Shown piece after piece: positions 23,441-36,764 of a stretch of 64,000 bases of DNA. Position numbers and translations under genes: made by a program. Under the pieces are notes generated by a model that did no database searches, was not told where the DNA came from, and saw nothing but the letters and a program-made list of their open reading frames with translations. Source of the stretch: Octopus sinensis (lineage: Eukaryota); NCBI RefSeq assembly GCF_006345805.1, contig NC_043013.1, positions 9,424,001-9,488,000 of the forward strand, written 5' to 3'. Every line of letters starts with the position of its first letter. The first letter of the stretch is position 1.

Positions 23441-23957
23441 GTCCATCATCGAATATCTGTGCACTTTCTTCCAATTTAAATCCCGTTTCTCTCTCCAATC
23501 CCGCTTTTGTCTGTTTCACCACTATCTGTTTCTATCAGCTCATCTTGTATTTATATGTCCCCCTACTAAGTACCCGCGTCCCCTCTATCTCTTACACTCT
23601 ATATGCGAAATAAGCCACTACATCTCTCCATTTGTTACCTTCTGTCTGTCGCCTGCACCTTTTATCATTTTTCCTTCAACTGTTCACCTCTATCCACTAC
23701 TTACTATCAGCCACTCTCTATCAACCGCTTCATCATATCCTCTCCTATCTATCCCTCTGTCTGTTCCCTTCTATCCGATCCATTCGTAGTTTCCCCTTGT
23801 TTGTCCCCATCAATTTGTTCTCCTATTGGCCCTCTGCTACTCGACCCAGGAACTGAACGCACGACCGCATCATCGTGAGATTGACACACACACACACATA
23901 CACCACGATTTTACAGCACAGTACGGTATTTTACTAAACTGTACAGTTTGACTGCGG

Positions 23958-24277
23958 AGGCGCAATGACCCAGTGGTTAGGGCAGCGGACTGGCGGTTGG
24001 AGGATCGAGGTTTCGATTCCCAGACCGGGCATTGTGTGTGTTTATTGAGCGAAAACACTTAAAAGCTCCACGATGCTCCGGCAGAGGGTGGTGGCAACCC
24101 TTGTTGTACTCTTTTGCTACAACTTTCTCTCTCTCTCTCTTCCTGTTTCTTGAGTAACGCTGCGATAGACTGGCGTCCCGTCCAGTTGGGGGGAACATAT
24201 ACGCCAGAGAAACCGGGAAACCGGGCCCATGAGCCTGGTTAGGCTTGCAAAGGACGACGTTTATCGTACGCTTTTTA
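23958..24277 (+). mobile_element. SINE family C (body C1 plus tail V) with 16-bp TSD
   Basis: tRNA-like head GGAGGCGCAATGACCCAGTGGTTAGGGCAGCGG..GGTTTCGATTCCC; TACAGTTTGACTGCGG at 23942-57 and 24278-93. Confidence 0.9.
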
Positions 24278-24369
24278 TACAGTTTGACTGCGGTGGAATA
24301 GTAAGAAACACCATCGGAGGAGTTAAAGCTACTTCTTGCACTGTCATTCCAAACAGGGGCGGAAATATT

Positions 24370-24641
24370 TCGCACACACACACACACACACACGTGCGCG
24401 CACGCACAAATACATTCGCACACACATATCACACGTCATATACATGAATACGTGTACTCACCAGCACAAACACCAGAAGTTTCTCTCTCTCTCTCTCTCA
24501 CACACACATACACATACACACTCTCTCTCTCATACACACACACCTAAATATATAAACATGCACACACAAATACATTCACACAGACACACATACACACACG
24601 CACACACAAATACATTCACACACACACACACACGCACAAAT

Positions 24642-24672
<31 letters not shown>

Positions 24673-24850
24673 CACACAAGGACAAATACACACACACACG
24701 CGCGCTAGGACAAATACACACACACGCAAACACAAATACACACACACACACGCAAACACAAATACACACACACACACGCACAAATACATACACACAGACA
24801 CACAAGCACACGCGCGCGCGTACATACACGCGCGCACGCACACAGACATG
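24370..24850. repeat. Degenerate (CA)n/(CT)n array
   Basis: Direct reading. Confidence 0.9.
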
Positions 24851-25199
24851 CACGTCTATTTTGATCTCCGTTCGCCTGCTTATCAAACGCTTTGAGCCAA
24901 TCACGAGAGATTGTAATTTCATGAATGGATGTAATCTCAGAGAGAAATCAAACGCAATGACAAGACAACGAGAAAACCACTCGGCTAGAAATAGCAGTCG
25001 AATCGCCTTTTAATTTCACGTTGCAGTCTTTAAAAAAAAATGGATAAATCAATTAATCATTGTAGTTAGTCCCTGATAAAACAAAAAAAGAAAAGAACAA
25101 GCAAGACGTTCGTCAAAGAACCTCTTTGGTCCATAGGTCTGCTTGATCATGATTGACCTAGGGTTAAACAACAACAATAATACACAATGAAAGTTGAAC

Positions 25200-25537
25200 T
25201 GGTGGTGGTGGTGGTGGAGGTGGGAGTGACGGTTGTGGTGGTAGTGGGTGTGATGGTGGTAGTTGTGGTGATGGTGGTCTTTGTGACAGTGGTGGTAGCG
25301 GCGGCGGTGGTGGTGGGTATCATAGTTGTCGTAGTGGTGATGGTGGTAGGTGTAGTGATGGTGGAAGTGGTGGTGATGATCGTGGTGGTGATGGTGGAGG
25401 TGGTGGTGATGGTGGAGGAGGTGGTGGTGATGGTGGTGGTGATGGTGGAGGTGGTGGTGATGGTGGTGGTGATGGTGGAGGTGGTGGTGATGGTGGAGGT
25501 GGTGGTGAGGTGGTGGTGATGGTGGAGGTGGTGGTGA
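25200..25537. repeat. (GGT/GAT/GGA)n trinucleotide array
   Basis: Direct reading; poly-V / poly-P ORFs are artefacts. Confidence 0.9.
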
Positions 25538-25949
25538 TCCCCAATGTCCGGATCCTCAATGTCTGAAATGTTCTGGAATCTGTACTTATCTTTATTTTGT
25601 GTTGTTGTCTTTGTTACTGTTGTTGCTATTGTGGTTGATTAAACATTATCTGCCCCCTGTTCTGTTTCATCTGAGAGTATATGTTACAAATAGCGTGTCA
25701 TCCTGAGAATTCACAAGGCGAACGAAACATCAGATCACCGTATTATATTCCTGCTTGAAACAAGTTACTTTGTGCGGCAAACAAAAAACAAAAAAAAAAT
25801 GTATTATCTTTGGAGAAGAGGTAAAGCGTCGGACTAAATCATACAGTGTTTAGTTTCCTATCTCAGAGTTCAAACCCTGCTGAGGTAGACTTTGACTTTC
25901 AACTTTGTTGGGTCGCGACTCACAAATAGTGATTGCACCAGTAATATAT

Positions 25950-26085
25950 ATTTCTTTACTGCCCACAAGGGGCTAAACATAGAGGAGACAAACAAGGACA
26001 AACAAACGGATTAAGTCGATTATATCGACCCCAGTGCGTAACTGGTACGTAATTTATCGACCCCGGAAGGATGAAAGGCAAAGTA
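25950..26085 (-). mobile_element. 5'-truncated SINE family B
   Basis: Tail half of the B consensus. Confidence 0.8.
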
Positions 26086-26256
26086 CATGCTCAAATGGTT
26101 AAAGTCATACAACTGACAAGCAAATCTGTGGTATTGAGGAGAATATTTGCTGTAGCCCATCTTTTATACCAAGACAAAACAATGTACATGATAACACTTC
26201 CAATCAGTTAAGATCAGAAGCCATGAGAGCCACTGCCTGGCACTGCATCTGGGCAT

Positions 26257-26337
26257 TTATTATCATCATCATCATCATCATCATCATCATTATTATTATT
26301 ATTATTATTATTATCATCATCATCATCATCATCATCC

Positions 26338-26369
<32 letters not shown>

Positions 26370-26372
26370 TTT
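26257..26372. repeat. (ATC/ATT)n microsatellite
   Basis: Direct reading. Confidence 0.95.
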
Positions 26373-27019
26373 ATTAAGGAGGTGAAAAGCATCGAGTTGC
26401 TAGAATCATTACAGCGTCGGACAAAATGCTTAGCGGTATTTCTTCGGCTGAGTTCAAGTGCTGTGCCCATTATCTTCTCTGGGTCGATGAAATAACTACC
26501 AGTTGAGCAGCGGAGTCGATGTAATCAACTTAATCCATACCCTAAAATTGCTGGTTTTGTACCAAAAAATAAAAAAAAGAAAACAATTGAAACGTTTATT
26601 TAGAAGAGTCCTAGGAACTACCTAGACAACATAGCACCGAAGTGGACATTTTACCGTTATTAGTGGTTGTTTAGCTTCAGTTTAGCTCTCGTTTCAGTCG
26701 ATCTATGATCAAAGACATTCCAACAACGAAAATGCTAATGAGGCTCTATTGGACCTACATTTTATTACTTCTGTTTACCGTTACTTCAAACGTTACATTC
26801 ATACGATGATGATATCACTCTTTCCCTCATTATTAACCATCAACACACACAGGCGTCATCCACGCGGAACTTTTGGATATATACAGCCAAACCTCTACTG
26901 CTTTCATCAGGGATCTGCAACAGATGGGCTACTGGTTACATGTTGGTTATTGGGGGAAATCTCTGTCGACTTCGACCTTCAGTCATTGGACTGCAGCAAT
27001 ACTAGTGCACTTTCTCGAA

Positions 27020-27300
27020 GGGTTTAATCTAGCAGATCGACCACAGTACTATTTTCTTAAGATCTGGTACTTATTCTATCGGTTATTGTTAGCAAACTGC
27101 TAAGTTACAGAGACAGAAACAAAACCAAACATACGCACACACGTATATACACGACGGATTTCTACGCAGTTTCAGACTGCCAAATTCATTCACAAGGAAT
27201 TGTTCTGCCTTGGGGTATAGAAGAAACTACTTGCCCAAGGTTCTGCACAGTGAGAACGAACGTGAAACCACACGGTTGCATAGAGAAGCCACACCGCCAC
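27020..27300 (-). mobile_element. Old, diverged SINE family A
   Basis: GGTACTTATTCTATCGG..CTAAGTTAC..CAAATTCATTCACAAGG..CTTGCCCAAGG matches the reverse complement of A. Confidence 0.6.
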
Positions 27301-28027
27301 GGTCACACTGGCTCGTTTTGTAAAAAAGTTTCAAATTTAATGAAATTGTGGGCCATCGGGCAGTTGATCGTCTTTTGGATAGTCGTTTGTATCACGATTT
27401 GTTAATGTTTTACTTACATAAGCATTGACAGTGATGGAAATGAATTGATACATGGGGGTATGTTTATATGTAAGATATGATATAGTGTACAGGTAGGTCA
27501 TGGGGAAAATAAAAAAGAATCAAAAGCGGACCTTCAGAAAGGAGCAGAAATCTCAAAAGCTTCCTTAAATGGATGACACAACAAACTCCATTCCTTCGAC
27601 CATATTAAAATTACTATAAGTATCTAGGAAAAAAATCTTTCACAACATCCATTTATTCTCGGAGATTACAGAAATAAAGTCCCTTGATTCGCTGCACATG
27701 ACACGCCTCACAATCTCTGCTGAACTGTTACAGCAGGCTCAGTTATATAACGTTACTTAAACAGTAACATAAAGACCAAGTTTTCTCTTCAGAGTGAAGA
27801 AATCGTTCAGATCTAATCAGTTGCTATCCTTCTGCAAAGCTCAACAAAAACATTCGGATTATTGCTGACATATCTGCGAGTGCTTCTGTTATACACACAA
27901 ACATTATAGATCGCATCTAAAACAATGCCATCGCCTAATTGCCAAAATATTCTCTCACCAACACACTAACATCATAAGCTCAAACATTATTTGATTTGCC
28001 AAAATTTTTCCTTACTATATAGTATGA

Positions 28028-28260
28028 CGATGAGGGTTCCAACTGATCCGATCAATGGAACAGCCTGCTCGTGCAATTAACGTGCAAGTGGTTGAGTACT
28101 CCACAGAAACGCATACTGTTAACGTAGTTCTCAGAGAGATTGAGTGTGATACGGAATGGGATAAGGCCGGCCCTTTGAAATACAGGTACAACTCATTTTT
28201 GCCAACTGAGTAGACTGGAGCAACGTGAAATAAAGAGTCTTGCTCAAGGACACAACGCCC
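28028..28260 (-). mobile_element. SINE family C (body C2 plus tail T), head truncated
   Basis: Minus strand: GTGTCCTTGAGCAAGACTCTTTATTTCACGTTGCTCCAG..AAAAATGAG|TTGTACCTGTATTTCAAAGGGCCGGCC..GAGCAGGCTGTTCC. Confidence 0.75.
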
Positions 28261-28479
28261 TTTTCTCCATCCCCGTTAACCCTACAGGACATCGAGAATG
28301 CGACAAGCAGAGGTAGAGAGGGTTACCTCAGAACTCGGCTGGTACTAATTTTTGCTGAGGAGACTGGAGCAAAGTGGAATAAACTGCCTTACTCACTGCT
28401 CTGTCCCGGTATCGAATTTGTGATCCTATGATCATGTAACTCAAAGCCAAACCATTGGGCCACGCGTCAAGAACCTTGT

Positions 28480-28830
28480 TCAATGTTTCACCTGAGTCAC
28501 CTGTATTGACCAAACTATCAGAAGTTGTACATCGCTGGTCACAATGCGCTTCCAATTCATTCTTGACTGCACAATTTTTTTTTTCGAATCTGGGCCCAAA
28601 TCCTTTAACTAAATCATCTCACCTTTGCCAAGAAGGCCTTCCGTGTGGCCTTTTCCGATTTCTCTGTTGTCTGTGAACCATAAGACTTGTCCGGCCTTGT
28701 GGAACTTGTGTTTTCGGTATTCTGCGATCACGTCGCTTTCTCAGTTCGCAAATTAAGCTCATTTCATATATGCTCTCGCAATAATATCATTAGCATGGAT
28801 CTTTCTATGGGCTTTTGTATCGTAGCCAAT
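28480..28830 (-). pseudogene. RTE-like LINE 3' remnant
   Basis: Minus strand: KVLWF..RKRPHGRPSWQR*DDL..SRMNWKRIV, resembling the RTE C-terminal GKR..GRP..RW.DD..A..R..W pattern; heavily decayed. Confidence 0.5.
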
Positions 28831-28928
28831 CAATATTCCTCCTCCTTCGTAGTAGTTCACGTCTCACCTTTGTATGTTTCTTTAAGATGGTAAGATGTAT
28901 GTATATTTGAGATTTAACTGCTAATTCT

Positions 28929-29343
28929 TATTTCTTTATTGCCCACAAGGGGCTAAACATAGAGGGGACAAACAAGGACAGACAAACGGATTAAGTCGAT
29001 TACATCGACCCCAGTGTGTAACTGGTACTTAATTTATCAACCCCGAAAGGATGAAAGGCTAAGTCGACCTCGGCGGAATTTGAACTCAGAACGTAACGGC
29101 AGACGAAATACCTATTTCTTTATTACCCACAAGGGTCTAAACACAGAGAGGACAAACAAGGACAGACAAACGGATTAAGTCGATTATATCGACCCCAGTG
29201 TGTAACTGGTAGTTATTTAATCGACCCCGAAAGGATGAAAGGCAAAGTCGCCCTCGGCGGAATTTGAACTCAGAACGTAACGGCAGACGAAATACCGCTA
29301 AGCATTTCGCCTGGCGTGCTAACGGTTCTGCCAGCTTGCGGCC
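28929..29343 (-). mobile_element. SINE family B dimer with 15-bp TSD
   Basis: Two body units, one head; TTAACTGCTA(A/G)TTCT at 28914-28 and 29344-58. Confidence 0.9.
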
Positions 29344-29659
29344 TTAACTGCTAGTTCTAGCAGATTGAATGATGACGTTGAAGTTCTTCCGCCAGCTCTT
29401 ATGGATATTGGATAATGCCATAATGTAGAGAGATGTTGTATTGTTGTTATTGTGGTGAGCTAGCCCTGGTGAGTTCTGATCGAACAACCCTATCATTAAA
29501 GATTATTCACTTGTGACCGTTCCATTTTTTCATTAACGTGCAGGGAACCCAGGATCACATTATCCAAGGTGCTCCCTACTGCTTTTAAAAGACGGGTAGA
29601 GTGCGATTTTAGGGATATTTAGTTGTCAAGCAATGGTGGGGGACAAATAAAATGCAAAG

Positions 29660-30087
29660 ATAAACACACATACACATACACACACGTACGCATGCACACG
29701 CACACGCACATACACACACACTTACACACATACATACGTGCACACACACACACACACACACACTTACACATACATATACGCACATACACACACGCACGCA
29801 TGCACACACATACACACACACTTACACCCACACATATACACACTCACACATATACACACACAGATACACATGCATGCAGAAGCACACGCTCACACACACA
29901 CTTACACATTTACATACACGCACACGCACACACACACACTTACACATTTACACACACGCACACGCACACACACACAAACACTCACATATTTACACACACG
30001 CACACACACACAAACACTCACATATTTACACACACGCACACACACACAAACACTCACATATTTACACACACGCACACACACACTTAC

Positions 30088-30131
<44 letters not shown>
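29660..30131. repeat. Degenerate (CA)n array with a ~30-bp higher-order unit
   Basis: CACACACAAACACTCACATATTTACACACACG repeated three times at ~29970-30075. Confidence 0.9.
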
Positions 30132-30133
<2 letters not shown>

Positions 30134-30509
30134 TGAGCTTTTTTCAGAGACTCCTTCGCTGGTTCGTATAAAAGTGAAAATGGGCAAAAGATGAAAAGAG
30201 AAAATGGTGGCATGAAATCTTTACGGAATCATTGACGCTTTGGCCAGACGGGTGACTTTGAGATTAGACCAGAGACATGGATTCAGTCTTTCGTAACTTC
30301 AGCTATTGCATCTTCATCAGTCACGTGCCCTGCCTGTGTCTAGGGGTCGTCTTGCCAAGACTCTTCCATTCCCTCTGCGTTGTGTTGCATGCTCTCAGTT
30401 TAGCCAGGTTCCTTTTTCCTGTTGAAATTGAGAATCTTCAGACAAACAAAAACAACAAAATGCATAAAAATATAAAAGAAATGACAAATTTTTTCATCTT
30501 TATCTTTTA

Positions 30510-31140
30510 CCGGTTCCAGTCATTGGACTGCGACCATGCTACGGCACCGCCTTGAAGGGTCTTGTCAAAAAAATTGATCTCAGTACTTTTTATTCTTTTA
30601 GTTAGGTACTTACTCTATCGATCTTTTGTGCCGAACCACCAACTTACAAGGACATAAACACACCAATACCGGTTGTTAAACAGTGATGGAGGACAAACAA
30701 AAGCACAAAAATAAACACACACACACACATACTTCGGGCTTCTTTCAATTTCTTATTTCTTTATAGAGGGTACAAACAAGGGGCTAAACACAAAGGGGAT
30801 AAACAAGGACGGACAAACGGATTAAGTCGATTACATCGACCCCAGTGCGTAACTGGTATTTATTTAATCGACCCCGAAAGGATGAAAGGCAAAGTCGACC
30901 TCGGCGGAATTTGAACTCAGAACGTAACGGCAGACGAAATAGGGCTACGCTTTTCGCCCGGCGTGCTAACGTTTCTGCCAGCTCGACGCCTTTCGGCTTC
31001 TTTCAGTTTCTGTCTATCAAATCCACTTGCAAGACTTTGGTCATCCAGTGGTTATAGTAGATGACAATTGCTGAAGGTGCAACGCAGTGGGACTGAACCC
31101 GGAACCATGAGGTTAGGAAGCAATCTTCTTACCAAACAGC
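30510..31140 (-). mobile_element. SINE family A interrupted by SINE B (~30755-30990)
   Basis: A tail at 30510-30750; B copy; A body and head resume at ~30992 with duplicated ..GGCTTCTTTCA.TTTCT. Confidence 0.8.
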
Positions 31141-31484
31141 CTAAAGCTCCACCAATGCCTTTTAGTGAAAACAAAAATGTCCAGAGCGGGGAATGTTGTA
31201 AAGGCAAAGAAACAAAAACTTCTTTCTGATAAACAAACGGCAACCATAAAAAGATCGACATTGTACATAGGAAACCTATTTAAGGATGAAAGACCCGAAA
31301 AACCTTCACCATCCAATCTGTTGCTTATGAATAGTTAAGTTTTCTGGTTTTATGACAAACAGCTGCTTTTGCGTGTGAAACAAATCGACTGAGTTGTCCA
31401 CTTGAGTTCATTGTGAAAATATGCTATTTGTAGTCTTCATTTGACTGTGATGACTAATCAGTGGTTCTCTTCTAATGTAGCTGT

Positions 31485-31715
31485 TGTTGTTGTTGTTGTT
31501 GATATTATTTAGCACCAGGTTAGTTCCTGAACGAGTAGGTCTATGATCAGCGGCGTTCGTTTCATGACCATTCCATATTTTATTCGGATACTACACATCT
31601 CGGACTACATATCCATTGTCTTCTGTTTTCTTTAGGACGATAAAGCCTGTGATCTGAGGGAGATTTAGCTACTATTTCTAGCACATCGAACTACAACGTA
31701 GAGGTATAGTTGTTT
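31485..31715 (-). mobile_element. Dispersed repeat with (CAA)n tail (family D)
   Basis: TTTAGC.CCAGG....TGA.CGAG.AG.CTATGATCA motif recurs near 16345, 25130, 26690, 29460 and 62355. Confidence 0.5.
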
Positions 31716-31839
31716 ATCCTACAAGATATTGTCTGATAAAGCTAGCTTTATGGAACTGACTCTGTGGCTTAATTCTCATTTAATGTGCAGCTATGATTCG
31801 ATGGTGGTTTCAAGGATGTTACTGGTAAGGTCTCAGACA

Positions 31840-32075
31840 CGAAGGCGGCGAGCTAGCAGAAACGTTAGCACGCCGGGCGAAATGCATAGCCGTATTTCGT
31901 CTGCCGTTACGTTCTGAGTTCAAATTCCGCCGAGGTCGACTTTGCCTTTCATCCTTTCGGGGTCGATAAATTAAGTACCAGTGACGCACTGGGGTTGATG
32001 AAATCGACTTAATCCGTTTGTCTGTCCTTGTTTGTCCCCTCTGTGTTTAGCCCCTTTGTGGGTAGTAAAGAAATG
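31840..32075 (+). mobile_element. SINE family B with perfect 16-bp TSD
   Basis: GGTAAGGTCTCAGACA at 31824-39 and 32076-91. Confidence 0.9.
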
Positions 32076-32229
32076 GGTAAGGTCTCAGACAGGCGTAGAT
32101 AAGTGGTTAAGAAATTCGCTTTCTAACTGCAGGATTCAGGTTTCGATCTCACTGCTCGGTACCTTGACAACTATTATTATCTATCAGTACACAAAGTTGA
32201 CAAATGTCTTGTGATTGAAATTTGATGAA

Positions 32230-32517
32230 TGGAAGGTGATACACAAAAACATAAATAATACAGAGATGTAAAGAACTTAATACATGGTTGTAAAGTAAAT
32301 TACTGTTATGTCGCAATACTACACAGTGGCTGCGTGAGCTACTAAATCCTCGTCGCCACTGTTATGTCGTACGTTCGGATGCCTCTACTACTCTGACTCG
32401 ACTCTGTCAATTCTACTCTGGTCTACTCTAGTCCACCTTGACGTCTAGACTTCTCCCTCTATCTACGTATTGGACTAGCCTACGTCATCGTCTGGGGGTG
32501 TCCACACAACAATTACA
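32230..32517. mobile_element. Possible solo-LTR-like segment
   Basis: GC-richer block bounded by TGTAA (32289) and TTACA (32517), with internal CTACTC-type repeats; no clean TSD found. Confidence 0.25.
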
Positions 32518-32574
32518 AATTTAATTTTAAGCTGAATATACACAGATTGGTTGTTTCACGTTTTATCAAATCCA

Positions 32575-33080
32575 TTACAGGGACATAAACACACCAATAC
32601 CGGTTGTTAAACAGTGATGGAGGACAAACAAAAGCGCAAAGATAAATACACACACACACACACACACTTCGGGCTCCTTTCAGTTTCTTATTTCTTTACT
32701 ACCCACAAGGGGCTAAACATAGAGGGGACAAACAAGGACAGACAAAGGGATTAAGTCGATTACATCAACCCCAGTGCGTTACTGGTACTTAATTTATCGA
32801 CCCCGAAAGGATGAAAGGCAAAGTCGACCTCGGCGGAATTTGAACTCAGAACATAACGACAGACGAAATACATATTTCTTTACTACCCACAAGGGGCTAA
32901 ACACAGAGGGGACAAACAAGGATAAACAAACGGATTAAGTCGATTATATCGACCCCAAGCGCGTAACTGGTACTGAGGCTATATTAGAAGACACTTGCAC
33001 AAGATGCCACGCAGTAGAACTGAGCCTAGAACCATGAGATTGGGGAGCAAGCTTCTTACCACATAGCCACTCCTGCGCCT
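32575..33080 (-). mobile_element. SINE family A interrupted by a SINE B multimer (~32691-32975)
   Basis: Same insertion point (..TTTCAGTTTCT|TATTTCTTTA) as at 30755; B body restarts at ~32873. Confidence 0.8.
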
Positions 33081-33304
33081 ATTAAATTATGGGTGCAACT
33101 AATTCACAAGTACATTTTATACACTAGTGCGCTTTATATACGAGTAAATACGGTGGATGTTGAAATTATATTGGTCCTGAGAGGTTCATCATCCGCCATG
33201 TTTCTGCTCACTGATAACACAATGTCCTTCTCGTATTCTAAATCCGGCAAAAAGATTTTTTCTTTGAATGTATTTAAAATAGTCTTTCGTAAATGTGTCT
33301 GCTT

Positions 33305-33430
33305 TTCAGTCATAGGGTTCTGGGTTCAGTCCCACCGCGTGGCATCCTGGGTAAGTGTTTTCTACTATAGCTCGGATCGACCAAAGCTTTGTGAGTGGAT
33401 TTGGTAGATAGAAACTGAAAGAAGCCCGTC

Positions 33431-33479
<49 letters not shown>

Positions 33480-33555
33480 ATATATATACATACATACATA
33501 CATGCATACATATACACACATATATATGTATATATATATGTATATATATATATAT

Positions 33556-33587
<32 letters not shown>

Positions 33588-33609
33588 ATATATACATATA
33601 TATATACAT

Positions 33610-33654
<45 letters not shown>

Positions 33655-33810
33655 CATATATATATGTGTGTGTGTGTGTATGTGTGTGTATGAGTGTGTG
33701 TGCGGATGTGCGTGAATACACGTACATACATATATGCATACATACATGCATACATACATGCATACATACATGCATACATGCATATATGCATGCATACATA
33801 CATGTATGTA
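33305..33810 (+). mobile_element. SINE family A 5' half running into an expanded TA/CA/TACA microsatellite
   Basis: GGGTTCAGTCCCACC..GAAACTGAAAGAAGCCCGTCG, then microsatellite. Confidence 0.75.
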
Positions 33811-34149
33811 AATTGATACATCTTTTACGGCATATATCAACGATGGATATATAAAACGTCAGTGATAAGATCAAAAAGCCGATCCTTTTTACAAACGATG
33901 TCCCTTGAGATAGTTGTTCTGCAAAGATTTAAATACTTTATTATCACCCTTGCTGTTAAAAATGTTTTGAATCAGTGATTGAACCAGTAAAGAACCCGCT
34001 ACCGTACACAACTGGATATATCAGCTGAGCGTCATCACCGGATATAAATAATTAGAAAGCCAACACTGGACACAAGGATTATGATTAAAATGTAGCAGGC
34101 AGAATAACAGCTAAAGAATCTGCTACTGAAGATTCACTAATTTTGACAA

Positions 34150-34647
34150 GTGTGTGTGACCCCCTTCGGTCACGAATGACCATGGAATTGCACCTAGAAA
34201 GTTACCCTCCTAGACACAAGTCCGGGCAAGGTTGTTTATGGAAGACCAGCAGTCGCCCACGCATACCAGCCTCCCCTCTCCACGCCACCGATGTTATCCA
34301 AGGGAAAAGCAAAGGTCGATACACCACTGACGTCGCAGCTCATTTATTAACGTGCAAGGGGCTGAGCACTCCACAGACACGTGTACCCGTAATGTAGTTC
34401 TCGAGGAGATTCAGAGTGTGACAAGGCTGGCCCTTCTGAAATACAGGTACAACAGAAACAGGAAGAAAGAGTGAGAGAAAGTTGTGGTGAAAGAGTACAG
34501 CAGGGTTCACCCCGACCACCTGCTGGAGCCTCGTGGAGCTTTAGGTGTTTTCGCTCAATAAACACTCACAATGCCCGGTCTGGGAATCGAAACCGCGATC
34601 CTACGACCGCGAGTCCGCTGCCCTAACCACTGGGCCATTGCGCCTCC
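34150..34647 (-). mobile_element. Chimeric SINE C: head and C1 body, partial tail T, then tail R
   Basis: 34347-34647 matches the 50046-50430 copy; 34150-34345 matches the tail of the 47290-47543 copy. Confidence 0.75.
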
Positions 34648-35242
34648 AATTTTGACAATTACTGTATGACATTCACCAATGTATATCTCCATAACCGATT
34701 ATCTATATGTTACCTAACGCTTTTGTTAGCTTCGTTCTCATAAAAGCACACAAAACCAACAAATCGTCGTTGTTTTCTTAAGATTTTTATATTATATCAC
34801 ACGTTTGTGTCTGTTTATTTTATTTATTTAGTAAGTAAGCAATTCATTTCTAAAAATTGACTTTAAATTCGCCCTTAAAAATCATGGGAAAGTATATTTA
34901 CATTTCAACAGCACTTCAAGCTGTTGCAGACATCAGATTCCCTATAAATAATTGTTATGTAACTCGTTATCTGACATTTAATTGTGCACAGCTTTCTTTC
35001 TTTTTTTTTTGGTATAAAATACTCTCCACATGTTACGCTGCAGATACATTTATTTTGCGAGCAATTGCTGTGGTTTACATGTTTCCGTTTGGCTCGATCA
35101 CCGATTCACAAGATTTTTAACAACATTTTAAAGAAAAATGACAAGAAAGCATTTGTATCATTGCAGAATGATTATTTCAAGGGACTTCGTTTGTAAAGGA
35201 TCGGCATTTCGATTTTATCGCTGACGTTTTATACATACACCG

Positions 35243-35285
<43 letters not shown>

Positions 35286-35294
35286 CCATGTTAC

Positions 35295-35296
35295 TG

Positions 35297-35359
<63 letters not shown>

Positions 35360-35470
35360 GTCTGTCTGTCTGTCTGTCTGTCCATCCATCCATCCATCCA
35401 TCCATCCATCCATCCATCCATCCATCTATCTATCTATCTATATCTATCTATCTATCTATCTATCTATCTA
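35295..35470. repeat. (TATC)/(TGTC)/(CATC)n microsatellite
   Basis: Direct reading. Confidence 0.95.
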
Positions 35471-35774
35471 AGATATGTTACTATTCGATTGAAAGCTTGA
35501 GATGGGGAAGTGGCAGGAGTTGTAGCGAAATATCTTCATTTAATGCTAAACAGCCATTTAAATTGATAAGATTTTTCTAAGGATGTATGTATTGTCAGCA
35601 CAATCTTTAGGATTTCTGTGAGACATGGTTCTTCTGGGATGTTGTTTAGATGTTTTGATTCGAGGACGATAGTTGAACTCAAAAGCTATACGCCTCAGAA
35701 CATTGCATATATATGTAGAAGCACAAGTAAAGTACGATTAAGAAATTTGCTTTCCATATTTATGGTTCTATGTT

Positions 35775-36430
35775 AGAAGGCGTTGAGGGCACCTACAATA
35801 ACAAGAACAGTTCTTGCTTTAAGACGCCACATCTTTTGTATTTCAATTTCTAAGTCCTTATATTTAATTAGTATGTCAAATTCCTTTACATATATATTTT
35901 TATCAGTGGGAATACTTACATCTATTAGTCTACAAGTATTTCCTTCCTTGTCTTTATAATTATGTCTGGTCGATTAGCCTGGATCGTTCTGTCGGTGTTT
36001 ACTGTAAAATCCCAGAGGATAGCAACATTTTTTTACCTTCAACGATTGGCTCAGGATGATGTTCATACCAGTAAACATATTTTCCAAAGTAAATACTGTG
36101 TTACTTTATCGTGGTGATTTTTGTATTCGCTGCCCTATCGTTTTGGCAAATGTGTCGCAGAATCTGCATTTAGGGTCGGAACCATTTTGAAGAATGTTAG
36201 CCTGGTAGTTTCTGGTAAGCAAGCTTGATCTTGTGCAGCCAATATGAAACCTCCAGTCTCTACTTTCAGTCCTAAACCTCTCAGCCACTGATGGGTTGTT
36301 GCTTGGTCTACATCAGCATTTCAACTTCGAAGAATATTCTCTCCATGCAGAGGCTTTTGGCTCCACCAATCTTCAATTTGTTACCGCCCGTTCTTTTTTG
36401 CAGACTGCTTGATTCGTTTTGCTTGTTTTG
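35775..36430 (-). pseudogene. R4/Dong-type non-LTR retrotransposon fragment 1 (CCHC finger plus RLE)
   Basis: WWSQKPLHG..HQWLRGLGLKVETGGFILAAQDQ..TRNY..KCRFCD; ILWDF..TDRTIQANRPDII..CRLIDVSIP..KYKDLEIEI..IVGAL. Confidence 0.85.
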
Positions 36431-36449
36431 TGGCAATGGTTTCAGGTTC

Positions 36450-36761
<312 letters not shown>

Positions 36762-36764
<3 letters not shown>

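Noticed and set aside
24890-24910. CCAAT box (GAGCCAATCACG) as a promoter
   Set aside because: Isolated motif with no supporting TSS or gene
30250-30335. CTGATGA..GAAA on the minus strand resembling a hammerhead
   Set aside because: Stem III pairs, but stems I and II do not
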